Origin: Octopus bimaculoides
Lineage: Eukaryota
Direction: 5' to 3'
Assembly (NCBI RefSeq): GCF_001194135.2
Contig: NC_069009.1
Coordinates: 531,098-567,737, forward strand
Length of the DNA: 36,640 bases
Every line of letters starts with the position of its first letter. The stretch's first letter is position 1. Shown here piece by piece: positions 24,730-34,055 of this stretch. Under the pieces are notes generated by a model. It made no database searches and was not told the DNA's origin. It worked only from the letters and a program-made list of their open reading frames with translations. The translations under genes and the position numbers were made by a program.

Positions 24730-25788
24730 ATGAATAATTTAACTAAACACAAAAACCCTGATGCAGAAGAAAAACCACATCACTGTACTATCTGTGGTAA
24801 ATCATTCTCTCAAAGTGGTCACTTGACTGTACACAAGCGTACACATACAGGAGAGAAGCCATATCATTGTACTATCTGTGGTAAATCATTCTCTGAAAGC
24901 GGTACCTTGACTAAACACAAACGTACACATACAGGAGAGAAGCCATATCATTGTGATATTTGTGGTAAATCATTCTCTGAAAGTAAACATTTGACTCGTC
25001 ACAAACGTACACATACAGGAGAGAAACCATATCATTGTGATATCTGTGGTAAATCATTTCCTGAAAGTAGTGACTTGAATAAACACAAGCATACACATAC
25101 AGGAGAGAAGCCATATCATTGTGATATTTGTGGTAAATCATTCTCTGAAAGTAGTAATTTGATTCGTCACAAACGTACACATACTGGAGAGAAGCCATAC
25201 CATTGTGAGATCTGTGGTAAATCATTCTCTACAAATAGTTATTTGACTTGTCACAAGCATATTCATACTGGAGAAAAACCATATCATTGTGATATCTGTG
25301 ATAAATCATTCTCTCGCACTGGAGACTTGGCTAGACACAAACTTACACATACAGGAGAGAAGCCATATCATTGTGAGATCTGTGGTAACTCATTTTCTTC
25401 CAGTAGTCATTTGAGTCGTCACAAACGTATTCATACTGGGGAAAAACCATATTATTGTGCTATTTGTGGTAAATCGTTTTCTCGAAATAGCATTTTAACT
25501 TGTCACAAAAGTATTCATACAGGAGAGAATCCATACCATTGTGATATCTGTGGTAAATCATTCTTCTATAATAGTCAGTTAGCTTATCATATACGTATTC
25601 ATACTGAAGGAAAACCACATCAATGTGATATCTGTGGTAAATCATTTTTTAGAAATAGCGATTTAACTAGTCACAAACGTGTTCATACAGGGGAGAAGCC
25701 ATATCATTGTGATATCTGCGGTAAATCATTCTCTCAAAGTGGTACTTTAACTAAACACAAATTGGCGCATATAAGAAAAAAGCCATAA
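24730..25788 (+). CDS. ZNF gene 5: C2H2 zinc-finger protein, 12 fingers, close paralogue of gene 4
   Basis: 352 aa = 16 + 12 x 28. Colinear with gene 4 but lacks gene 4 fingers 3-4. Confidence 0.96.
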   Translation: MNNLTKHKNPDAEEKPHHCTICGKSFSQSGHLTVHKRTHTGEKPYHCTICGKSFSESGTLTKHKRTHTGEKPYHCDICGKSFSESKHLTRHKRTHTGEKPYHCDICGKSFPESSDLNKHKHTHTGEKPYHCDICGKSFSESSNLIRHKRTHTGEKPYHCEICGKSFSTNSYLTCHKHIHTGEKPYHCDICDKSFSRTGDLARHKLTHTGEKPYHCEICGNSFSSSSHLSRHKRIHTGEKPYYCAICGKSFSRNSILTCHKSIHTGENPYHCDICGKSFFYNSQLAYHIRIHTEGKPHQCDICGKSFFRNSDLTSHKRVHTGEKPYHCDICGKSFSQSGTLTKHKLAHIRKKP

Positions 25789-26169
25789 CATTCCAATACC
25801 TGTGGTAACTATTTTTGGGAAATGGTGTCTTAACTATACATGAATATGTATAGTTGATTGAAAAGAAATAAACAACACATCAACACACTTTTTCTCCTGG
25901 TTATTTTTATGTGAAGCTTAAGAAAGTTATACTGTGGAGAATAGGAAGAGTGACCGCAATCAGTACACTGAATAATATATTGGTGGATAGAATGAAGGGT
26001 CACATGTTCGATATTTGAAGGGTGAAGCCCCTCCCCCATGACCCGACGGAGATCTCAAAAAGAACCTCGCCTCTACCCCCTGCAGAATGGACGATTACAA
26101 ATCAGAATAGCGAAGCAGTTTTCTTTAGATCAGTGTCTAGTATGGAGGAAAGGCAATGATTGAAAAGGA

Positions 26170-26316
26170 GAGAAAATGACGTCAGAAAGGGACCGGAAGT
26201 GTTACGGCATGACGTCACCTCAGGAGGCCACAAGTTAAAAACGGCTTTTTTCCTATGGTATCTGTGACGGGGTCAAGTCAGGTATTGGAAACGGTCGTAG
26301 AATAGAATATGTGAGT
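26170..26316 (+). promoter_or_regulatory. Candidate promoter (CRE-ETS-CRE) with short non-coding exon and GTGAGT donor
   Basis: TGACGTCA at 26177 and 26210, CCGGAAGT at 26193, donor AT|GTGAGT at 26311. A homologous block lies at 34840-35045. Confidence 0.55.
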
Positions 26317-26890
26317 ACACTTTGTTGGAATAATCTAGTGGAAATTTGAAAGTTGACGGAATGGGACTAATCCAAACAGACAGTAGTGCCAGCTATTGGA
26401 GAATTAAAGAAATACTAACTTATAGAAGGGAAATAACTTCTGCAACACTTCAAGCAAAGTGAAAGTTAATTATTAATAAGGTTGATCAATTACCAATCAC
26501 TGACTCGTTGTTGATATCTGACTACGGTTAAATTGACAAAGATTTAATCTAAGGCTGTTATGGTGATAATAATAATACTAATAATAATGTAAATAATGAA
26601 ATTACGTGAACTTCTCGATGTTACATTAATTATTTCGAAGCGTAAACATAACAACATTAGGAAAATGTATTTGCTGTCTTAAATAACTGCCAAACTGAAA
26701 TTTTGATCCATGATCGACTGTTACATGTGATTTAAAGGAAATTCATTTGTAAAATGAGAGTAATGTCGCATAATTAATTAGTGAAATGAGAGGAAACCGA
26801 TTGATTAATGTTGTCCTGTTGTTTATGAGGCATAGATAAAACGGTAAGTTGATAAAGATTTACTTTATGGTTATATTAATAATACTAATG
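26300..26890 (+). repeat. Cassette spacer type A (mariner-containing unit)
   Basis: Motif at 26388; GTAAGT at 26844. Confidence 0.75.
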
Positions 26891-26896
26891 ATAATG

Positions 26897-27123
26897 GGTG
26901 GCGCATTGGTTCAGTGGTTAGGGCAGCGAACTCGCGGTCATAGGATCGCGGTTTCGATTCCCCGACCGGGCGTTGTGAGTGTTTATTGAGCGAAAACACC
27001 TAAAGTGCCACGAGGCTCCGGCAGGGGATGGTGTGAGCCCTGCTGTACTCTTTTACCGCAATTTTCTCTCACTCTTACTTCCTGTTTCTGTTGTGCCTGT
27101 AATTCAAAGAGTCAGCCTTGTCA
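26897..27123 (+). mobile_element. SINE family B, 3'-truncated
   Basis: Head and 5' body; breaks off at CTTGTCA. Confidence 0.85.
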
Positions 27124-27130
27124 AGTAATT

Positions 27131-27151
27131 TTTATTGAACTTCTATTTCAG
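27131..27151 (+). promoter_or_regulatory. Candidate splice acceptor upstream of the mariner ORF
   Basis: TTTATTGAACTTCTATTTCAG|AAAATAAAAATG; the ATG lies 9 nt into the putative exon. Confidence 0.5.
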
Positions 27152-27160
27152 AAAATAAAA

Positions 27161-27562
27161 ATGACAGCCCCTATTCTTACTAACGAAATGAAAAGGCATG
27201 CTGTAGTTGTGGCTTTGAATGCTAAGCGTGGTGATTTAGAAATTTCTCGTTTTCTAAAAGTTGCAAGATCTTTCGTTCACAAGATTCGGTGTGAGTTAGA
27301 GAAAGAAGATGGAAATGTATTACCTGTGTCAAAACGTAAAAAACATTCCAAGCGCTCCGATTCTATCAGGACACCTGAATTTATTCAGGAAGTGAAGCAA
27401 AACATTGAAGACAATCCAGGAAAATCAATGAGGTCAATTGCAAAAAAATTTTGTGTGTCAGAAAAAACAATCAGAAATATTGTGCATGAAGACATCAACT
27501 ATAAATCTTACGTGAAGAAAGAAGAAAAGAAAGCTGTTTTATCAGATCCAAAAGACTTTTGA
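27161..27562 (+). CDS. Truncated Tc1/mariner (DD37D/maT-like) transposase N-terminal HTH DNA-binding region, 133 aa
   Basis: MTAPILTNEMKRHAVVVAL...LEISRFLKVARSFVHKIR...RTPEFIQEVK...DNPGKSMRSIAKKFCVSEKTIRNIVHEDINYKSYV has the two-HTH pattern of mariner-type transposases. The resemblance ends near YKSYV. No DDD domain and no TIRs are visible. Family call is from recognition, not a search. Confidence 0.8.
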   Translation: MTAPILTNEMKRHAVVVALNAKRGDLEISRFLKVARSFVHKIRCELEKEDGNVLPVSKRKKHSKRSDSIRTPEFIQEVKQNIEDNPGKSMRSIAKKFCVSEKTIRNIVHEDINYKSYVKKEEKKAVLSDPKDF

Positions 27563-27710
27563 ATATCTAAATATATCAACACAATGATGGGTTTTATGGT
27601 GCTGGATTTTTGAGGAATTTGTTATGAGAGAAGAAAGGAATGGGAATAATGAATAAACGTTTTAAGTGACATTGATTTTGTCTTTGTTGTGTTTTCATCT
27701 TCATCATCAT
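27560..27710 (+). terminator. Orphan ZNF-type 3' module (gene 1/2 subtype) after the mariner ORF
   Basis: GAGGAATTTGTTATGAGAG...GGGAATAATGAATAAACGTTTTAAGTGACATTGATTTTGTCTTTGTTGTGTTTTC closely matches the gene 1 and gene 2 modules; AATAAA at 27652-27657. Confidence 0.7.
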
Positions 27711-27730
27711 CCTAGAAACAGATGAATCTA

Positions 27731-28378
27731 GGATCTATTTTAAAACGGGGGCGCCAGTATTTTCTTAACGAAACACTAACGAAACACTTTGAAACTTGGG
27801 ACACTGGTAGAATGTGTCATATAAAACATCTTTTACTCTTAGTCTTCTTAACAAAAAAAAAAGAAGGAATTCGCAAGTTATTCCATGTTAAAGTTGTCGT
27901 ATTTCTGTAATTTCAACCAATCACTGACGTCTATTCAGCTGAATAGAGTTACTGTTTGGCGGTCATAAAAATGTTATTCCCTGACATATTTCATCCGGTT
28001 CAATCGTAATTTATGCGCATATATTGTTTATATAATAAATTACGCTGTGCGTATCTATGTGTGTAACAATTTTAGAGTTCGGATTCTAGAGTTAGGGTTA
28101 CGGTTACGGTTAACAGTCTAGTTAGGGTTAGGGTGAGGGTTAGGGGATTAATACGATATACACCGTTACAGCGCTAACTGTTTTCAACTGAATAGACGTC
28201 AGTGATTAGTAGAAATTATCGAAATAAGACAATTTTTTACATGAAATAAATTCGAATACAAAAATATTTTTCTGTTCACACAAAATAGATAAGTATACGA
28301 AGTTTGAAAGTCTTTCCGTACCAAAAACACTACATAAAACATAAATGAAAACTGGCGCCCCCGTTTTAAAATAGAACC
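27731..28378. mobile_element. MITE with 28-bp TIRs and 8-bp TSD (Merlin-like termini)
   Basis: GGATCTATTTTAAAACGGGGGCGCCAGT ... ACTGGCGCCCCCGTTTTAAAATAGAACC. TSD TGAATCTA at 27723-27730 and 28379-28386. Inner inverted repeat at 27915-27943 / 28183-28210. Confidence 0.9.
28091..28146 (+). repeat. Telomere-like (TTAGGG/TTACGG)n tract inside the MITE
   Basis: GTTAGGGTTACGGTTACGG...GTTAGGGTTAGGGTGAGGGTTAGGGG. Confidence 0.85.
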
Positions 28379-28637
28379 TGAATCTATGATGTGCAAGCGC
28401 AAATACAACGGAGGATGGGATAGAGAGGATAAAAATAGGTGTTTAGTCTTCAGACCGTTCTTCTGAAACTGTTCTTCTACTTATTAAAAAAATTATGAAA
28501 CCAGGGTCGACTATATATTCTGATTGTTGGAGTGCGTCGTACAATGGGATTACTGAAATAGATGTGACACCAAAAATACACCCTGGAAGAACGTAAAACG
28601 ACGTTGTAAGATGGGGAAGATTCAACAGAAACAAAAT

Positions 28638-28732
28638 NNNNNNNNNNNNNNNNNNNNNNNNNNNNNNNNNNNNNNNNNNNNNNNNNNNNNNNNNNNNNNN
28701 NNNNNNNNNNNNNNNNNNNNNNNNNNNNNNNN
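28638..28732. other. Assembly gap
   Basis: Run of N. Confidence 1.
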
Positions 28733-28767
28733 ATTTACTTTTGTTTAAAAATAGACCCCTCATACAT

Positions 28768-29140
28768 CCAGTGGTTAGGGTAGCGGTCTCGCGGTCATAG
28801 GATCATAGGATCGCGGTTTCGATTCCCAGACCGGGCGTTGTGAGTGTTTATTGAGCGAAAACACCTAAAGTTCCACGAGGCTCCGGCAGGGGATGGTGGC
28901 GAACCCTGCTGTACTCTTTCATGACAACTTTCTCTCACTCTTACTTCCTGTTTCTGTTGTGTCTGTAATTCAAAAGGGTCAGCCTTGTCACACTGTGTCA
29001 CACTGAATATCCCCCAAGAACTACGTTAAGGGTACACGTGTCTGTGGTGTGCTCAGCCACTTGCACATTAATTTCACGAGCAGGCTGTTCCGTTGATCGG
29101 ATCAACAGGAATCCTCGTCGTCGTTAAGCGACGGAGTTCC
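28768..29140 (+). mobile_element. SINE family B
   Basis: Near full length; followed by a shared extension and a second 3' end (to about 29350). Confidence 0.85.
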
Positions 29141-29407
29141 AAGGAAGGAAGGAAGGATGTCGAACTACATGGACCAATGAGAGTAGAGTAATGAGTGGAA
29201 ACAAAACCAGATTGTAATAGAAAACATGATATTCCATCAACTCCCACTTGTTCTATCATTTGGAATCGTGAATATTTTTAAAATATAGGCTGTTCCGTTG
29301 ATCGGGTCAACTGGAACCCTCGACGTCGTAAGCGACGGAGTGCCAACCACAACAATAAGTACACCCGCTTTCTGTCATAGTAACTGGAACTTAATTTTCT
29401 CCTTGGT

Positions 29408-30160
29408 AGCCAGTTAGTAGAGCCATCTCGGGGAGAACCGGAGAAATTTTATCGTATGAAGGGGAATAACTTTTACAGCAGTCGAAAATTTTAATTATTA
29501 ATGGTGATTTAATATCGGACACTGATACGTAAGAATACGGTAAGTTGACAAAAGATTTATTTTAAGGCTGTAAATGATAAAAAGATAGATCATAATAAGG
29601 TGATTTCCTATTAGATGTTCGTAAAATCATAGCGATCCAAGAAGTTTAGGTAATATTTCGTTACTTTATTTGAAGAAAATATTTCATAATTATAAGTGGA
29701 ACATACTACGACCAGCGAGTAAAACGTGAAGGATGAGTTACTTTGAATAGAGTTTCGTCCTGGGCACATTTGAGAATTCTTCAACAGTCCAAGTCGCTAA
29801 ATATGAGAAAGATCGAACCAGTGTCGTAATTGTGTGGCTTTCATTGATTATCTGATGGTCTCGAAGTATTACGTTGGAATTCACAATAAAACGATTAGCA
29901 GGTGAGTGCCCCCACAGGAGATGCTAATCGGGATGAAATTAAATTTAAACGAAAATAAATTTGATTTTACGAACATCAAATAAGAAATGACCAATAATAA
30001 TGTTGAATGGGAAATTATTATGGCTCCTCGGTTTTGGATATTACTTCCAAATTGAAAAGTTGATTTGTTAATTATAAAAGCCTATGTTACGGTTACATGT
30101 GATATAAATTAATTGAATTGGTAAGATGAGAGTAATGCTGTCTATCTAATTGATTGGGAA
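29408..30160 (+). repeat. Cassette spacer type B (gene 6 unit)
   Basis: Homologous to 14305-14940; motif at 29422; GTAAGT at 29540. Confidence 0.75.
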
Positions 30161-30244
30161 AACGAGAGAAAAGCCAGTGAAAAATACAATATTGGTATTA
30201 TTCGATTCTTTCACCCTCACGATTTTCATTAAGAAAAAAAACAA

Positions 30245-30580
30245 AAAAAAACTCGGATTTTTTTGCGTGGAATCGAGTGGTCCTAATATGCTGCAAACTC
30301 CTTATTTTTATACGGAAAAAGGGTCAATATAAACATCTTCACCCGAGAACAAAAGAAAAAATAATAAATAAACCAGCCTGGTGGGTGTTAATAAGTACGT
30401 AGGAAACGAATATAAAAAACAAAAAAAATGCGTGTTGACGACCCTCGGGGTGGATTGGGGACTTTCGGAAAATTCACATGATCTGATTTTCCCGTCATAA
30501 CTTCCGGTAAAATAGATATGAATATTGATTTTTCTTTTTTACGGAATCCCACGTTTTTGGTTATCTAGGATCCGACTCTG
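30245..30580. repeat. CpG-rich hairpin modules upstream of gene 6
   Basis: GGAAAAT-tcacatgatctg-ATTTTCC at 30467-30492, plus two related dyads near 30255 and 30545. Confidence 0.55.
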
Positions 30581-31136
30581 CAAAAAAAAAAAAAAAAAGG
30601 ATCAGAAATCGTGTTTTCAAAATTTCTATTCCATCTTTCTGTGTTCCTTTCTGTTGAAGAGCATAGGCTCGAAACGTCAAAGACTTTCTCTATTCCCGAG
30701 CGTTATACTAATACATCCATTTGTTGTTTACACCACCTGTCTTCGTCTGTTGTTGGTTTTTTTTTCGTAAATTTGCCCACATATATATATATATATATCT
30801 ATATATATGATAAGTTTCTTTCAGTTTATATATACATGTATATGAGTATGTATGTATGCATGTGTGCTACTGTCTTCTTGCCTTACCATTGTGTGATAGT
30901 CGTAAACGAGTATCACTGTCATACAAGCAGTGTGTTTTGTTTTCTGTCTCCCATGTAAATATAACCTGTCAGGAGAATATAAAATGTCACCTTGGAAACC
31001 ATTGAGAGTTGAAAATCTGCCTCAATAAACTGTGAACCATGCAAGCATTAAAAAATCTGCATTGAAATGATGAGAATGTTGTTGTTATACTTACTATGTT
31101 GATTTACTGTTTTGTTCAATTTCCTCAATATCTTAA

Positions 31137-31156
31137 GGTTTTTTATATTATTTCAG
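31137..31156 (+). promoter_or_regulatory. Splice acceptor of the gene 6 coding exon
   Basis: TTTTTTATATTATTTCAG|AATATCACACC; exon starts at 31157. Confidence 0.75.
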
Positions 31157-31507
31157 AATATCACACCTTGTTGGCAGAAAAGAAAGTTTTTACATTGACT
31201 AAAGGAAGACGACATATTTATAAGGAGCATTCATCAAAATCTATGACAAACATTGGTGAAATATTTCTTCTGATCAATGGAATTTATCAGCAACATTTTT
31301 TCCTCTACGGTGTCTGGAATGGTCACTTTACAGGTTAATCAACCTTGGATAACATTACAAAGGAGTTGACAGTTTACATCTGCTGTTTTAGATAATGAGG
31401 AAGATCTCCAATAAAAGAAGCATAGCATTAATTTATTCTCTGAAAATACTAACTCAAATGAACACAAACATATTCATAGAAATGAAGAAAACATTGTTGT
31501 GATATGT

Positions 31508-33007
31508 ATGACAAATTATTTCTCCATTATGAATCATTTACCTAAACCAAAATACCGTGATACAGGAGAAAAGCCATATCACTGTGATATCTGTGGTAAA
31601 TCATTCTCTCAAAGGAGTGACTTGACTAGACACAAGCGTACACATACAGGAGAGAAGCCATATAGTTGTGATATCTGCGGTAAATCATTCTCTGTGTCCA
31701 GTAACTTGAAAACACACAAATGTATTCATACAGGTGAGAATCCATATCAGTGTGATATCTGTGGTAAATCTTTTGCTGTTAGATATAGCTTAACTAGACA
31801 CAAAAATACGCATACAGGAGAAAAGCCGTACCTTTGCAATATCTGTGGTAAATCATTCACTGAAAATAGTAATTTGACTGCTCACAGATTAATTCATACA
31901 GGTGAGAAGCCATATCACTGTGATATCTGTGGTAAATCATTCTCTGTTAGATTTAGCTTAACTATACACAAGCATACACATACAGGAGAGAGGCCATACC
32001 ATTGTGATATCTGTGATAAATCATTCTCTGCTGGTTTTCAGTTAACAAAACACAAACAAATACATACAGGAGAGAGGCTATTCAATTGCGATACCTGTGG
32101 GAAATCTTTCTCACAAAGTTGCGAGTTGAGTAGACACAAACGTGTTCATACAGGAGAGAAATCATATCATTGTGATATCTGTGATAAATCATTCTTTCAA
32201 GGTAGTGACTTGACTAGACACAAACGTACACATACAGGAGAGAAGCCATATCATTGTGATATCTGTGGTAAATCATTCTCTCAAGGTGGTGTTTTGGGTA
32301 AACACAAACTTACACATACAGGAGAGAAGCCATATCATTGCAATACCTGTGGTAAATCATTCTCTATATCCAGTAACTTGAGAATACACAAACGTGTTCA
32401 TACAGGTGAGAATCCATATCACTGTGATATCTGTGGTAAATCGTTCTCTGTTAGATGTAGCTTAACTAGACACAAACTTACACATACAGGAGAGAAACCA
32501 TACCATTGTGATGTCTGTGGTAAATCATTCACTGAAATTCGTAATTTGACTACTCACAGAACCGTTCATACAGGTGAGAAGCCATATCACTGTGATATCT
32601 GTGGTAAATCATTCTCTCTTAAATTTCACTTAACTAGACACAAACATACACATACAGGAGAGAGGCTGTTCCATTGCGATATCTGTGGTAAATCTTTCTC
32701 TCTAAGTTGTCACCTAAGTAGACACAAACGTGTTCACACCGGAGAGAAGCCATATCACTGTGATATCTGTGGTAAATCATTCTCTCGTAATAGTCACTTG
32801 AATATACACAGATGTACACACACAGGTGAGAAACCATACCATTGTGATATCTGTGGTAAATCATTTGCTCAAAATAGTAATTTGACTACACACAAATTCG
32901 TTCATACAGGGCAAAAACCATATCACTGTGATATCTGTGGTAAATCCTTCTCTGTTAGATTTCGCTTAACTAGACACAAACATACACATACAGGGGAGAA
33001 GCCGTAA
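31508..33007 (+). CDS. ZNF gene 6: C2H2 zinc-finger protein, 17 fingers
   Basis: First ATG at 31508 (track start 31499 is GTG). 17 x 28-aa units, ends GEKP-TAA. Confidence 0.95.
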   Translation: MTNYFSIMNHLPKPKYRDTGEKPYHCDICGKSFSQRSDLTRHKRTHTGEKPYSCDICGKSFSVSSNLKTHKCIHTGENPYQCDICGKSFAVRYSLTRHKNTHTGEKPYLCNICGKSFTENSNLTAHRLIHTGEKPYHCDICGKSFSVRFSLTIHKHTHTGERPYHCDICDKSFSAGFQLTKHKQIHTGERLFNCDTCGKSFSQSCELSRHKRVHTGEKSYHCDICDKSFFQGSDLTRHKRTHTGEKPYHCDICGKSFSQGGVLGKHKLTHTGEKPYHCNTCGKSFSISSNLRIHKRVHTGENPYHCDICGKSFSVRCSLTRHKLTHTGEKPYHCDVCGKSFTEIRNLTTHRTVHTGEKPYHCDICGKSFSLKFHLTRHKHTHTGERLFHCDICGKSFSLSCHLSRHKRVHTGEKPYHCDICGKSFSRNSHLNIHRCTHTGEKPYHCDICGKSFAQNSNLTTHKFVHTGQKPYHCDICGKSFSVRFRLTRHKHTHTGEKP

Positions 33008-33660
33008 CATTGCAATATCTGTGGTAAATCATTTTCCCAAAATGCTAGTTTGACTACTCACAAATTCATTCATACAGGACAAGATCCATATCTCTGATAT
33101 TTGTGGTAAATGATTCTCTGAAAGACATTCCTTAACAAAACACTGACATACACACAGAGGAGAGAAGCCATATCAGTGTGATATCTGTGGTGAGAAATTT
33201 AATTTTACCAGTCACTTGAAAATGAACAGACGCATTTATACAGGCAAGAAGCCATATCAGTGTGATATCTGTGTTAAATTGTGCTCTATTAGTAGTCACT
33301 TAATTAAACACAGATGTACAGACACAGGAAAGAAGCCATATCAGTGTGATATCTGTGGTAAAATGTTTCCTAATACCAATTACCTGAAAATGTGCAAACG
33401 TATTCATACAGGTGAGAGTAAATCAATCTCTAGAAATAGTCACTTGATGAAACATAAAAGTACACATACAGGAGACAAGCCATATCACTGTGTTATCTGT
33501 GGTATATCATTTCCTCAAATGAATACCTCGACTACACACAAACGGATACATGCAGCAGAGAAGCCATAACTTTATAATACTTGTGGTAGTTCATTTTTTT
33601 GAAAATAGTGTTTTATCTAAACACAAACGTGTTAGTGCAAGAGAGAAATATGTCATGGTC
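33008..33660 (+). pseudogene. Decayed zinc-finger tail of gene 6 (about 7-8 fossil fingers)
   Basis: Finger pattern continues past the stop with frameshifts and stops. It ends AAEKP-TAA at 33569, followed by sequence homologous to that after the gene 3 stop (17482-17575). Confidence 0.85.
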
Positions 33661-33851
33661 ATCATCATTTAACGTCCGCTTTCCATGCTAGCATGGGTTG
33701 GACGATTTGACTGAGGACTGGTGAAACCAGATGGCTATACCAGGCTCCANNNNNNNNNNTGGTGAAACCAGATGGCTATACCAGGCTCCAATCTGATTTG
33801 GCAGAGTTTCTACAGCTGGATGCCCTTCCTAATGCCAACCATTCCGAGAGT
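33660..33851 (-). mobile_element. SINE-like family A, 3' fragment with a 10-N gap
   Basis: CATCATCATTTAACGTCCGC... Confidence 0.8.
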
Positions 33852-33854
33852 CAA

Positions 33855-34055
33855 TGTAAACCTCAAATTTGTCATCATCTGTAAAAATATTGACAACTTG
33901 ATAACTGGAAATTTCTGTAGTATCCTTGAATTTGTTAATAAAAACATAATGAATAAAAAGTTAGACTGTAACCGCTGTGTGTTTGTTTTATTACTCTATA
34001 TCTAAGCACTGTCTCCTCTGTACCTTAAATCTTTGACTGGCACAATTCACACTCC
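33855..34055 (+). terminator. Conserved 3' module with poly(A) signal, gene 6
   Basis: AATAAA at 33952-33957 followed by a GT-rich tract; homologous to the gene 3 and gene 4 modules. Confidence 0.6.

Larger units (their letters stand above)
27706..28767 (+). mobile_element. Second Merlin fragment, split by a MITE and a gap
   Basis: ETDES at 27715-27729 resumes at 28387, then DRSSET...KPGSTIYSDCWSA. Sequence matches the reverse complement of 19020-19320. Confidence 0.8.

Noticed and set aside
27005-27160. Upstream 52-codon extension of the mariner ORF in the ORF track
   Set aside because: It starts at GTG inside a SINE and crosses the putative acceptor; the transposase-like sequence starts at ATG 27161.
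33216-33569. 117-aa ORF as a seventh ZNF gene
   Set aside because: Most of its fingers have lost Zn ligands or carry deletions, it has no acceptor or leader of its own, and it corresponds to the C-terminal part of gene 3; it is the decayed tail of gene 6.
33719-33790. 31-bp direct repeat flanking 10 Ns
   Set aside because: This is a typical unmerged contig overlap.
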